DNA of 64,000 nt, taken from assembly GCA_001949185.1 (NCBI GenBank), contig BDGG01000016.1, positions 372,001 to 436,000 on the forward strand, written 5' to 3'. This document shows positions 25,788 through 38,790 of the stretch, piece after piece (position 1 is the first letter of the stretch; each line of letters begins with the position of its first letter). A program made the position numbers and the translations under genes. The notes beneath the pieces are model-generated. The model worked only from the letters and a program-made list of their open reading frames with translations, searched no databases and was not told the DNA's origin. This stretch comes from Ramazzottius varieornatus. Lineage: Eukaryota > Animalia > Tardigrada.

Positions 25788-28295
25788 TTATTCTGAAAAG
25801 TCCTTCAGTTGGAGCTGTCTACAGATTTGTGGCTCGCCAGAATAATGTTGAGCAGGTGTGCAAGTAGTCATCAGGGTTTGATTGCTGCTTGTGTTATTAA
25901 CACTGGTGCTCGACAAGCTGTTAGTGCCGGTCCGCGACTTGTAGGCCAGAATCTTGGCAGTTCTGGACCGAAGGAGGTCGCTAATCTCCGGCTTATCCTT
26001 CTTGCAAGTGATGGCTTGAAGAAAACTCTGACGAAACTTGGAGTGCAGGAAGCAGTATGTGATGGGGTTGCAGCAGGTCGAAACGTACATCAGTAGATGG
26101 AAAAACCTGAAAAAAATGCATTCATCGGAAAACTTGCCAACACGTTGTTCATTCCATGTTTCAAAGCCTTATTTGGGGCCCGGGAAACAAACGCGGATGT
26201 TTGTAATCGCGAGTGATGCTCGCTTGGGCCACCAACAATGAAGGCATGCGCCACTTGAGGTAACGGTTGTCCCGGAGTCGTCTGCCAGGATCCCATTTCC
26301 ATTTCGCCAAGATACCAAATTTACAGATTTTTCCGCTGATGTATTTACCGGACAGCGCCACCTAGGTTCTCTTGCACGCCCTTGGGATCGAAGAGGAGGA
26401 CAAAATTTATCAGCCAAACGGGAGTAAAACAAATGAAGAATTCGCAAACGACGCAGATGAGCATGATGACCACTTTTTTCTTGGCTTCTTGGTTCCTCTC
26501 GGTGTGGGTACTCCGAACCGCGCCCGAGTACTGTGACGAAGGAGTGGTGACCGCCATCGGCTCGTCTTCGTCGATAGTGAGGCTGCGCGACCAGCCAGAG
26601 GAACTTCCGTTGCGCTGCTCGATATGCTGGCTGGATGGTCCGCCACTTCCGCTCCGCAACCGACTCAACTTCTTATGCAACTTGCTTAATGACCCATTGG
26701 ACGATTCCGTCGGAGAGAAGGCTACAAATTAAACACAGCGTAAAGACCCCTTTTAGCCAGCTTGATCGATGTAACTTCGCAACTCTGACGTCAACACATG
26801 CAAAACTTAACCGAAGTTTTCTGCTTGAATTTTGCCTGCTGTATACGATGGATATTGAGTGAGTGTGGCATTGCAGAGTAAACGAAAGCGTGCTGTGGTT
26901 GTGGTACGCTTGCCAAGATCATTCTGCAGTATGAAAGCGGGAAGGTTTCCGAACTGAAGAACCAACCTTTGGTCGATGATGAAGCTTTCCCCTGTTCTTT
27001 GGTTCCTCGAAACAGTGTCACTGTGATCCTCAAGTATGCCAGACACATGATGAAGCCGGGCAGCCCAAAGAAGATGATGAGCAGGATGAGGTTGTAAACG
27101 ACAGCTAGTTCCCAAGTATCGTACTCTTCTCGACAAGCATAATAATCCACTATAACAACAACATAACAAAACTGTAAACTATAAAGATCGTTTTGTTTAG
27201 AGGAATTCGTTGAACTTTAAACCGAACAAAATAAAATAGGGCGTCGATTTAATCCAAATCGTCATCTCAAGTAGCGCACACCTCCATTGTATTTGGCTGA
27301 AAATAAGCGCCACTTAGGAAAGCGATCTGGGTCAATCGTTCACCGACGTCCCAAGTAAAATTATCTCTCAGTATGATTTTTTAACTGACCTCCTTCGTGG
27401 GAGAGGTAGCTATAGTGGCGGCTGTAAAAGAGGACGGGCAGCCCGATGACTAAAGCTAACACCCAGCATCCGATTATCATCTTGACCGAATGGGAGACTG
27501 TTTGCCAACGCCTACCACAAACAATGCATCCGGCATACTCTCACTGAAGAAAATATTCATGAATGAGTTATTCACTCACGAACTTGAGCTTACCGCGACG
27601 TCAAGGGACGACAGATGGCAAAAAATCGCTCTATACTGATTGACAGCAAGGTGAAGGTACTCACGCCAACCGACACCACTGAAAAACAGCAAGCAACAAG
27701 GGTAAAAACCGCAGTGACGTCATAACGACAACTCCATTTTCGCTTATTACTGCGGTTATTTCCGAAAGGATATTCCCAAGTTGCGGTTAACGTGGCGGTT
27801 ATCGTAACGAACCGTCGTACCTTGGAAATAAAGTATCATGTGACACATGGCAGCGCCAAACACGAAGCGCTTCAGAATCTGCCCGGAAAGGGTGAAAGGC
27901 ATGCAGAAGACTCCTAACAGCAAATCTGTAAAAAATACCGTTTCCGTTTTAATTCCGCCATTTTCCTGCGAGTAGTTATCCTGAGATTTCGTACCTCCAA
28001 TGGATAGGTTAATGAGAAAAATATTGGTGACAGTGCGCATCCGGCGGTGTTGCATCAGAGTGATGACCACCAAGGCATTTCCCACAATGCAGAAAATGAA
28101 GATGACGATGTACATCACAATACTGATGTAATCGTTGATGGAAAGCTCTATTCCCCCGCCATCGGTCTGGTTGTAGTAAGAGTTGCAGGCTTCGTCCATC
28201 GCCGAGAACTCGGCCAAGGACAAGTTCACTCCCGGTGCTTCTGGACACGCCGGTATGGTGTTGATTGTGTCTGAGGGCACCGTGGAAGACTCCAT
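25788..28295 (-). CDS. Class A GPCR, cholecystokinin/sulfakinin-receptor-like
   Basis: GNALVVITLMQHRRMRTVTNIFLINLSIGDLLLGVFCMPFTL; ISIERFFAICRPLTSRRWQTVSH; AKKKVVIMLICVVCEFFICFTP; LLMYVSTCCNPITYCFLHSKFRQSF. About 7 coding exons. Confidence 0.9.
26170..26298. mobile_element. Family A copy (GPCR intron)
   Basis: TATTTGGGGCCCGG..GAGTGATGCTC-N24-ATGCGCCACTTGAG. Confidence 0.75.
27236..27356. mobile_element. Family A copy (GPCR intron)
   Basis: CAAGTAGCGCAC-N25-AAGCGCCACTT. Confidence 0.85.
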
Positions 28296-28379
28296 TCTTA
28301 GTCAGCAGTCTTTCAGCTATGCGAACGGTCCGACACGATCATCTGGAAACCATCATGAAGTTAAGATATCTGCCACAGA

Positions 28380-28503
28380 ATGGAAGGTGAGCAGAGAACT
28401 GAGCCAGATCGTTACCTCAAGTGGCGCACGTTCACATTGTTATCGGCTGGAAGTGCGCGCCACTGGGAAAAACGGTCTGGTTGAGACCATTTCGCGGCGT
28501 CGC
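28380..28503. mobile_element. Family A copy (5' of GPCR CDS)
   Basis: CAAGTGGCGCAC-N25-GCGCGCCACTG. Confidence 0.88.
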
Positions 28504-30185
28504 GAATCAAGTTTTGGGTAAATTCTTTCGAATTATCCGATCCAATAACGATCTTTTTAACGCTACAAGATAGAAAAATTCGCAAGAGTGAGGAAATAGA
28601 ACCACGAGGTCGAATCTCGACCAGGATGAAAACATAAGCAGAAGGGGTAAGACGTCTTAAAGTGTTCAACGGGGGACATACGGTATTTAAGATGAACTGA
28701 AGTTTCTAGGTTCAGTATGAATCTTCGATGAAAGGACGAGATACAATTCAGGTTAGACGATACCGGATGCGTAAAAGACAAGATATCGATCCCATCAGGA
28801 CGGAAACGCAGCGTGGCAGAAAAGGCGCAAGCCAAGGTCCCCCCCCCCGGTGGGGTTATGGACAAGAAAAGAGTCTCAAAATTAATGTAGAGTTATCAGC
28901 GCGTAAAGTGTCCTGACACAAGTCGTGACACCGGATGAATGTCGGCACACCAGCCTTGTCAAAGGTGTCAACTCACTCACACAAAGATCCTTCAACCATC
29001 TCTCCCAGATCTCCATATGACATTCATCCCCTTCGTCACACTCGCCCATCAAGTGAAGCCACGCACGCCCAAGACGTCGAGGGATATCATCTTTGATAAA
29101 CTAAAGGATATACAGGGTTGGTCCTTCCATCTCAGCTGCATGGACGCTAGAGAGTATCTTACACTGTACCAGTGCGCCAAGAAATAAGCCAAAGGCGCCA
29201 AACTGCTCGACAGAAGGCCGCAAGGTCCAAGTCCGATCTTGCATGCATATTGGGTCTCCACGATCGCGATTCATGCTAGAGACTCCTTCTCCGTGCCAAA
29301 GACCCGAAGGAGAGTCCCAACATGATGAACGGCCAATGCCATGACGGCAGCCAATTAAATATCTGTCACTGGTTATATCACGAGCAATCACGGAAAGAGC
29401 ACAGTGCTTTAATAGAGGTCAAAACAGTGTTTTCTCCAGACTGAAACTTCTGATGAATTTAATATTCTAGTCGACTCAAGAAGGAATGTCAACTGACACC
29501 AGTTTGTGTCGCTCAAAAATTCCCATATTTTTTCCGATGCAAAACATGACGACTCAATGTCGACCGGAAATCAGACATTCGAATTTTCTGATAGTCCGTG
29601 CCAATCTAAAGTAAATGAGATTATTTTAAAATAACATTTTGGTAGTCTTGCACAATCACCAAACGGTTTTAATCTCTGCATACTCTTTCTCAGAAATGTA
29701 GGACACCAGGAAAAACTTGAAGGAAAAAGAGAGTTAAGGAAGAGTAAAGGGATTTAAAGAATCGGAAGGAGGTCCCATTGTCTGGCATCAACGCTGCATG
29801 ACATGCTTGAGACATAATCGGCTTTGTCAAATTAAATTACACGTTGCTTCCATTGTGGGACGCGTGATCGACAAACTATATCTCGCAGAAAATTTGGATT
29901 GAGCCGATGAAAAAGTCATTGAGGGGAGGCAGATACGGTGATGAAGGTCCTCCCGTCGCTGCCCGGGTTCCTCGCTCAGCGGACTCATCCCTGTCTTTAT
30001 TATGGAATTTCCATTCTGATTAGTCGTTTTGCACCCTCAATAGAGGCCATCAACAACAAGAAATGGATACTCCAGCTCGTTCAATCAATACCCACCCATG
30101 ACGACAAATCCAAGGACGCCCAAAACTAAATCATTTTCTGGAAGCATAGCTTAAGCTTACAGGCGACCACGCCCTGTATGCTTCT

Positions 30186-30401
30186 AATTTGGAAGCTGGG
30201 CAGTTGAACTGAACCAGATCGTCAAATCAAGTGGCGCATGTTTCCGTTGTCGTTGCTCGGAAACGTGCGCCACTCGGGATGACGATCTTGACGAGGTGGA
30301 TTGCTTTCCCAGGTGGCACACTTCTTCTTTGTTGTTGGCTGGAAGCCTGCGCCACTTGCGAAAGCGATCTGGCGCAGACCGTTTGCCCGAGCTCCCAATT
30401 T
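30186..30401. mobile_element. Family A tandem dimer
   Basis: Two cores 82 bp apart inside one pair of outer arms AATTTGGAAGCTGGGCA..TGCCCGAGCTCCCAATT. Confidence 0.88.
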
Positions 30402-33400
30402 ACTCGCGCGGAATCTTTCAAGTTCGGGAAGTTTGGTTGTTGTGAGTTCGGACAAACGAATGAAGTGGTGCGGAAAACAGTGAAGGAATCCCCTAATCCT
30501 GGACTCTTATCACGCAGCACAAGGCAGGAACCGGCGTTTACCACCCAAGGCGTGCATCAGATCAACGCGAAGCCTTATTACGGCAACACGCGGCCAGAAG
30601 CTCGCTTGATCAGGCTGACGTCTTAAGAGGCCGAGCATGCCCAACGTTATACCCACGGGAGTTCTAATGAATCGCTATTTTCATGCCACTCGCCTGATCT
30701 TGCATATGGGCCAAACTTCAAGCCTCGCTCCCGGCAAAATCAACCCCGATGTCGCTTCTGGAGAAAACTTGCTGCAAGTGTACAACATCAAACTGACGCG
30801 AAACAATTTCACTACACTACACTACACTGCACAAAGAAAGCCCTCAGAAAATTCTAGACATCAATATTTCTTCATTAAAAACGACACTCCGCTATGATCA
30901 AGAGATATCGCTGCAACACATTGATAATGATTTGGTTCGTTCTAAAATTAAATATAAACTGCTCTTAATCGTTCCTCTAAAACAAGTTCTGCGCAGTACA
31001 AGCGTAAGCTCTGATTTTCGGTGCAATTAAAATACGATTATGGTGGTGTAAAAGAAAGCAAGTCTTGTAGGCGTCGCACGTTGATCAGCGAGTTGCTCAC
31101 GAACTGTAATTAAGCACTAGTTGGAGGACTGTAAATCATAAGGAAACACAAACAACTTCTGCACTTCACGACGACCATCAAGACATCAGCCATCAACGCT
31201 GCTGTCAACGCGAATCCGCCTACGACAGCAAACATCAGCGCAGAACCACAAACCGCGTCCTGGTACGGAAACAGCGAGCTCTAAACAGACCGACGTTATG
31301 GTGGAGCGCCAAAGCCATCGGACTGTAGATGAATACTTCCGCAAACTAACATTGTCTCCAAAAAAACTCGGGAAAATGTTGCAGAATACTCATGCTGTTT
31401 CAGTTTGGAGAACCGCGAACTTCATGTTTTTTTTGTTTGACTTCCGATTAGCTTTGACACTTGACTGCAAAAGTTTCCACCCATCACAGTGAAAAACAAT
31501 ATTTCTGAAATGCTGTTTTGCCTTCTTCGCTGCTCGAGAGTCAAGAGTCACAGGCTGAAGGAACACAAGAATGGAGCATCGTACTAAAAGTAGCGGTTAG
31601 ATGAAAACATCGGTTTACAGTGCCATAAAAGTTCCTCCAGGTCCTTGGCGTCTTTTAGAGGCTCGTTGTACCTAGTTTTGTACAGCACTGCGTGGTCACA
31701 AACGAGTTTTCATCTTTTCCTACACTTGAAAAGTACAGCGATAAACGTCATCTAACGTTAGATTTACGAGCCATTGCAGGGCTAACCACCCATCCCATAT
31801 TTCTTCATTCCCGCCTTGTGTTGCCTTCCGCAACGCAACATTGAACTTTAATCTTGAACGAACACTGTTGTAATTTCTCCTAAATAGCCTACTCAGTACT
31901 CCGCCAACGACATGGCAATTCCAACGGATGTTCGGACATTGAAACAATTTACTCCATCGTTAGTCTTTTCAATCCAACCAAGTACGAGAACCATTACGGC
32001 AATATCTCTGACGATTTTTGGATGTATCCCCTAAACTTATGAACCAGTTCCAAATTCGGTATGCTGAAAGGCAGCAAACTGCGGTCATTTCCTGAACAAA
32101 ACTTCTTCCGGGACGTTGGGGACGAAAGAAAAAGCCAACGCTGCAGGGTATGACAACGTCTTGCGCTCCAATGAGCGGGTCGCGACAGGGTCCTGCCTCA
32201 CTGCAGCCAGCTCATCTATATTCAACAATTACTCATGATCTTTGGCCTCAAGTCAAGGAACAGTGCATGCTTCAAGCCGAAGGACCTCAAACTCAAAGAA
32301 CCACCCTACAAACGATTACTCTTTCCAGTAATTCCTCAAAAACAGCCAAAAACCCTTGAAAGTATCGAGCAACCCAAACCATCCCGGCATTTATTCACCG
32401 AAGAGCCCCACCAATCCCAGTACAAACACAAATTCGAAACATGAACCTCGTTGGGATAAATCCCGAGCAATCCACAACAAGTAACGCCGAGTCGACTTAA
32501 CAAACGAGCCGATCGTTCTGAAACAGTTAAACCATTAACGTACCTGTTCAAGTCCTGGAAGTACGTTATCCGTTGACCAGGAGTAAACCTTCTTCGTTTC
32601 CACCGGCAGAAGCGTGTCGCTGGTCAGTTGCAAGTTCAGTTTGTCTGCAAACGGAGTCTCCCCTATAAGAAGTAGACAACCGAGATTAGCATCGTCACCA
32701 CGGAAAAAAAGAGGGAATTATCAAAAGTAAGGGAAATGAGAAGGACTCGGAGCTTGGGTAGCGGAGTGGCAGCTGGTTTTTCGAAAGGCGTAACACGTCC
32801 TGCCATGACTTATCAAGTTTGTCTTCGGGCGTTTAACTACAGCTCCTGTTCATTGGTCCATTGGTTCGCCTTCCCGTAACACACATGCACCCGACGGATC
32901 CACAACGCTTGCAGCCACAAAGTCCTGCAAAAGCGAGAATAGTCCTTTCAGTGTGCAACCTCCCATGAGAACAACCCATGACAAAAAGCTAATCCGTGCT
33001 GAGATTTCACGTATTATACCCTGAGATTCCTTCGTCAACTTTGGCCAACCGAGTTCAACACGTATTATCACTCGGCTCCTTTCAGCATGCTGCCTGAAAC
33101 GTACGAAAAGCTGGTTACCACCTGGAAACTGTTTATTTGTTCGTGACAATGCTGTAATTACAGTGTTTTTCGTTCTTCAATGCAGCGCCCTCTTCCTCGA
33201 CAAGTTTTTATGCAGTGTCACCCAATCTTGGTTTTGACGCGCCCCATTGAACATGGTGCCGGTATGAGGCAGTGATTAGGAATGCGGCGATAGCTACGTT
33301 ATAATCCAGATAATGCAACAAGACCAACTTGATAGTAGATGTATCAAGTTGGACTTGATTGCAAGTGGTCCATGCTTTATTCGTTTGTGCTGCGAAGAAA

Positions 33401-33517
33401 AAGCATCCACATTCAACAAGCTTCCATCTGTATTCGTCTCTAGAAAAGTAGTCTTCTAGCTGGGCATATATCACCTTTACCGAATTTAGGCCGACTCAGT
33501 TCCAGCCGACAACGGAG

Positions 33518-34560
33518 ATGGCGATGGAGGAAGTCGAAGAGGAGGTTCTGACCAGCCCTTACACCGTTAAGGAAATGTGGGAGAGATGCCCACGTGGATT
33601 GTGGATGGAAGTCCTGCAAAAGTTGGACGTTGTCAACTGCCAGCGTTTGACCAGGTAGGCAGCTTTCGGAAGCATAATCAAGAGCTATATTTTAACAGTA
33701 CTGTTTCTACCGTCAAGATGAACTCGGGTCTCCGTTATCTTCCCAAGTAACCATCACATACAGTACCTTCGATGTATTTTCAGGGTTCGCAGCAGCTGGA
33801 AGGACAACCTGTCGGTGGTTCCAGAAGCCAATGAAGGAGGGCTGTATTTCGTTATTGAAAGTGAAAAAACTCGGCGCTACATAAAAAACAGCCTGGATTT
33901 TTGTGTGGCTGGTGAATGCTTTTGTGACATGGATTCTACCCTATCAAGGATGATTCGGGATTGATGGTCACGCACCAACTTTCGCCCACCGACAGGCGAG
34001 TTCATGACGTGGAGCGAACTTGGTGGTGCAACTTCCTGGGCGTGACCAGTCTGGACGTGGTCAAGACCGTGGTGTGGGACAACAAATTTCCTGGTCTCGA
34101 ACGTCGCATTGGATTGGACAAGGTTAGCACGAAAAACAGCACTCACTGTCTACTGAAACATGTCAAATCCCTGAATCGCGTCCTAGTGGGCAAACTGCGG
34201 GACTTTCAAAGTAAGTGGGACACCAGACACCAGTTTATTGTTGGCCATACGAAACAAGCTGGAAAGTCGTTCGACAAGTGCATTCGCCCACATCATCTTC
34301 CCAAGTGGCGCGCCCTCTCGACCACCAACAATGAAAGTGCGCGCCACTTGGGACAACGATCTGAGTGAAAACCTCGTCTCAACTGGCCCTTTGTTGCATG
34401 TATGATTCTTCAGTCGAACAGAGTAACTAACTGTTTGACTTTTCCAGCTGCTCGGTCTGGTCGTCGCTGTGTCCATCTCACGACATACGAACGAGACCCT
34501 TCCCCGCCGTCTAGCCCGACCTTCACTCTGTCATGGGAGTACCACTGGTGCAACCAGTAG
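33518..34560 (+). CDS. Small F-box-like orphan protein
   Basis: Exon 33518-33654 spliced to 33784 gives WERCPRGLWMEVLQKLDVVNCQRLTRVRSSWK (F-box-like). A later exon ending at 34210 joins 34449-34560 in phase. The middle junction is ambiguous. Confidence 0.45.
34260..34390. mobile_element. Family A copy (F-box gene intron)
   Basis: CCCAAGTGGCGCGC-N25-GCGCGCCACTTGGG. Confidence 0.85.
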
Positions 34561-34860
34561 ATCTAGTCATACAGACCGAAAACACCTGCAGCTTTATGAG
34601 TACACTGGAATATGCTACATGATTTTCCAGTTAACTGTTTGATCGTTCTCCTTTCTTACTAATTCTTCCCGTATAATCGCGACAGAATACTCTGAATCTT
34701 TCTGTTGTTTTTACTTCTGTTCGAAACCAGCGTAATCTTTTGTCTTTTTAAAAGAGATTATTTCTCACTGGTGCTTTTCAGCTTCCCCAAAATGATTGAG
34801 TTCTGGCATTTTCCGATTATTAGTAAAAGACGATAAGTTTGACTTAGCGTGCGGTAGCCT

Positions 34861-37800
34861 TTAATCCGATTTCATATCGTCGTCTTCATCGTTTTCTTCT
34901 TCCTCGTCACTGAGTTGTCCCATAGCCATCACTTTGTCCTCTTCTTCCTCCTCGGTACCACGTGTCACCTTCTTGTCGTCCTCATCGTCGTCTTTCACCA
35001 CTTCGGAATCAGCCCAGAAGTCAGCCTCGTCCAGTTCCTCATCTTGGTCCTCCTCGTCAGACAGCTTCGCATCTTCCTTGCGCGGGAACCCACTCAGCGC
35101 CGCTGTGACGTTACTGGCTGCTTTGGTCTTTGCCTTCTTCCAAGATGTGTAGTACGTCAGGAAAGGCGAATCTTTGCTTTCTAGCGTCTTTTCCCATTCA
35201 ACCTAGAAATCACAAAAACTTAAGCCAATCGTAAACAGAATAAAAATCCAACTCATTTCCTGATAACAAATACAAATATGACACAGTTTTTTCCCCGAAA
35301 TCAATCATGGTGTAAGGGAAAGAGAACTAGGGACTTCTCGAAAATCCCACTGACCACTGCAGCAACGTCGGTGAACTTCAGGTTAGCTTGTCTTCTTCTT
35401 GCCGTGATGAACGCCGAGTGCTCTTCGATGACACCGATAAGTTGCTTGAATTTTCGACAGATTTCCCCCACCTTGCAAGTTTTGACGAGCTGTCTCAACT
35501 GCAACAACAAATACATTTCTATCATATAGCGGCCTTAACATCTACAGTTCGCCTGTAGAACTCACCTGGACCGTTAGGACCACGACCAGCTCTGGAAAGG
35601 CAACCTTACAACTCTGAGCGCGCAAATGGTCGCACAGGAGCTCGAAAACCTGATCCACCACTCCACCCTGTGAAAACGAAAACCTAAATCATCAATCAAA
35701 AAATACCCTTGTTGATTTGTCACCGTCGAAATACATACGGTATAGTTGCTTTCCGCCAACTGTGACTCGGAGAACTTTAGCATAGTCATAGAGTCAAAGG
35801 GTTTCATGCTGACCACCTTCGGTTTCTTGTTCAAGTCATTCACTCTGAGCGCCTGAAACGAAAAACCGTATTCGTGTCTTGTTCAGTTTCAGTTTAGTTT
35901 TCAGTGTCGACGTTCATCGATCAAAACCATGTATTCAGTACTTACGGGTAAGAGAAGTGGGATGATGGGGATGAAGACGTTCGCCTTTGCGGACAGGATG
36001 TTCATGGCTCTGACACAATGGAACATCATCGGGTAGTACTTCCTCACCGGGTTTACCCTGCAACAAACAAAAAGGCTCATAACTTTGCCCGAGCATCAGA
36101 GTGCGATGGAGAGAAGCACGATACCTGATGGTTGAGGTGATAACTTGGACTAGCGGATGAATTAGCCCACTTAGAACCGGGCTGGGATGGACATCGCCTA
36201 AGAGTTTGCACCACAGGTAGATGCAGTGCATGAAAGGCCAGTTGTACACTTTTGCTTGCGTTTCCTAGAAAAACGAGCACCACTGCGTTTTGAACATGCG
36301 ATTTCAGGTGGCGAGATGTAATTACGTACCTTGCTCTTCTGGTTGGTGGCATTTCGGACGTGGATGGCCATCTGCCGAATGTAGACAAAGGCTTGCTGGT
36401 AGGTCACTTCTGGGTTCAAAGACAGGACTTCCACTAGCGATGCTGCCATGAAGCTGATGGTCGGCCATGTCGTAGACGAGGTAACTTTGGAGTTCGTTAC
36501 GTACGCCACGTACATTTTCTGAAAAATATTACCACTCTGACTGTCAGGCTGTCAGCTACAGTGCTAAGCTAAACGAGCATGGCCAAACAACAGCTAAGCA
36601 AATGAATGTCTGGAAACCCGAACCTTGATCGCAGGCAGAATCCATTCGTTGGTATTCGACTTCAGAAACTTCAGGAGAGCCATGAAGGCGGGAAGCCTCA
36701 GCTTGTCATTTCCGGTACTCCATAGTTGGATTAAATGCTACAAAGAACCCGACGGAAATTTATAACATGAGTCAGGCTAAGAAGTTTGGAGCTTGAGAGG
36801 GAAAACAACGCACCTTAAAAAGCTCTTTCGATGCTTTGGGGTTGCACGAGTAATACGGAAGTAGGTCTGTAATGTGCTGGAGAACTCGTCTGACGATGTT
36901 AACTTCGTGAAGTCGTACAGCTAACTAAAAGCATCCCAGGTTTGTCACTCCAAAAGTAAAGTTGCTGTACGTTGAGATATCACTCGGCAAAACTAGAATA
37001 CCCGGTTGGCTTACCTCGGTTAGGCTCGTAAGGTAAGAGCGGACCACGACGTGGAGACTCTTCCACTTCTTGTTCCGTTTCAGCGCCGCAATCTGCTCCT
37101 TCGGTCGAGCCGTGGCGCTGATCCGCAGTAATTTGGAAAGTGCAGGCCCGACACACCGCAAGCATGAGGTGACCACAGAGTTGAACACTGCAAACCAAGG
37201 AGCATACACAACAAAACCAACAACCGCGACCAACAGAACTTCGCAAAGCGCGCATGACCTCGTTCCAGTTTACTGCACCATCCCGTAGTCTGTATGTGCA
37301 AGAGGTGCATTACGAGAAAACAGATTAGATCGTAGCAGTTGCCGCTTACCTGGGCCTCCTTCGATTTTGTACTCGTACATTTTCGTTTGTTTATCCGTGA
37401 TCTGGCCAACGGCTGCTACGAATGCTCTGGTGAGCACTTTAAAGTTGGCTTGATTCGGTTGGGTCTGCAAAGAGGCTTCAAGTTTATTCCGCATAAACAG
37501 CAGGCCACCACTGATGCTCGTCACCGACAAAGCATCGGGAAATGAAGGTATCCGATCGCATACCTGAACAGACTTCCGCCATTCCGCCACCATAGAAGCA
37601 GTCACACGTTTCGTCTGCGTTTCCGCTTCCATCTCTTCGTCAGGTTCCTCTTCATCGTCATCATCTTCCGAAGTCGAGTCACTAGCTTTCGTTATTTCCT
37701 GCACATGCTGCCCCTCTTCTTCCTCCTCATTCAGGAACTGCTCAACGTCGGAATCGTCATCGTCGTCGCCTTTGCTCGTCTTCTGCTTCTTGCTCTTGCG

Positions 37801-38085
37801 TGGCGCAGTGTCTACGTCGGAATCAGCCTCGTCCGATTCTGAGGGAAGCGAGTCGTCATCGCTTACATCGGGGTTGGCGTGACGCTTGTTTCGTCCGAAC
37901 TTCTTCCTCGGGTTAGCCATGAGCACTTTTTGGACCGGTTTCTCAGCGCGTTGTCCATCCTTCTTGGAGTCTGACAGCTTGGCCAATCTCTTTGCGTTGC
38001 CCCCTCGATTACGCTGCTTCGGCTTGTTCGGTCCGAACATCTGCTTCCTCCCCTGCGGATTTCGGACGGCAATATTCTTCGCCAT
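34861..38085 (-). CDS. NOC2L: Nucleolar complex protein 2 homolog
   Basis: YQQAFVYIRQMAIHVRNA, VYNWPFMHCIYLWC, LIHPLVQV, YYPMMFH, CRKFKQLIGVIEEHSAFI; acidic N- and C-termini. ATG 38085, TAA 34861-34863. Confidence 0.92.
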
Positions 38086-38790
38086 TTCCTCACTCCAGCT
38101 CTTGTGCTGCAGCAAATTCAAGTCCCAGATGATTACAGGTTCGGGTAGGAATGATCGATGCTTCCAGCAGAGCGGAAAAGTTGAAGAAAAGCTAAGTTAA
38201 CTTCAGATTTCGCAATCGACATTATATAGATTGCGAGCGAAAACGCACTAGCACATTCGATACGCACAAGAATGTCGTGACATCATTATGCAAATATTGT
38301 ACGATTCTTTTAACACAGAGCCTACGAGACGGACTTGTTCTATGATGTCACCGTGTTCTTGTGCGTATCGAATTGTGCTGGCGCGCTCTCGCTCGCAATC
38401 TCTATATTCGACAACCAATCGGATCAACGAGGCCCAATCAAGCCGATATGACATGACATGCTGCGGCGTCTCATCACGTCACATCATATCACTAAAGTTA
38501 TATTCGCCTTTGAGTTCCCACTTCCCAGACTTTCGTGGGTTTTGTCGAACATTAATTGTCCTAATGTTCTGATTCCTGGAAGATCCCCAGTATGATGGCA
38601 GAAACCCAGCTGCTTCGAACTGTGAGGTTTTAATGTCGTACTAACCGATTCCCAAAGGATACCAATATCGAGGTAGCTTGGAAGTTGGTCGCATATTGCA
38701 TAAGCGACGGACGGTCCTCGCTAAATTATTCGGATTATGCCATCGTTCCTGTAATTTTCGACGTAATACTTCCGACAAAAGGACTCCACG

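Noticed and set aside
30222-30626. ORFs with recurring peptides such as KWRT/VRHL/QVAH (also at 8091, 18128, 41917, 43686, 56757, 58406)
   Set aside because: These are translations of the palindromic element, not a protein family.
33208-33474. ORF with KLVECGCFF, faintly like a YqaJ-type transposon nuclease
   Set aside because: The following SPDG and EIK motifs are absent; the similarity is too weak.
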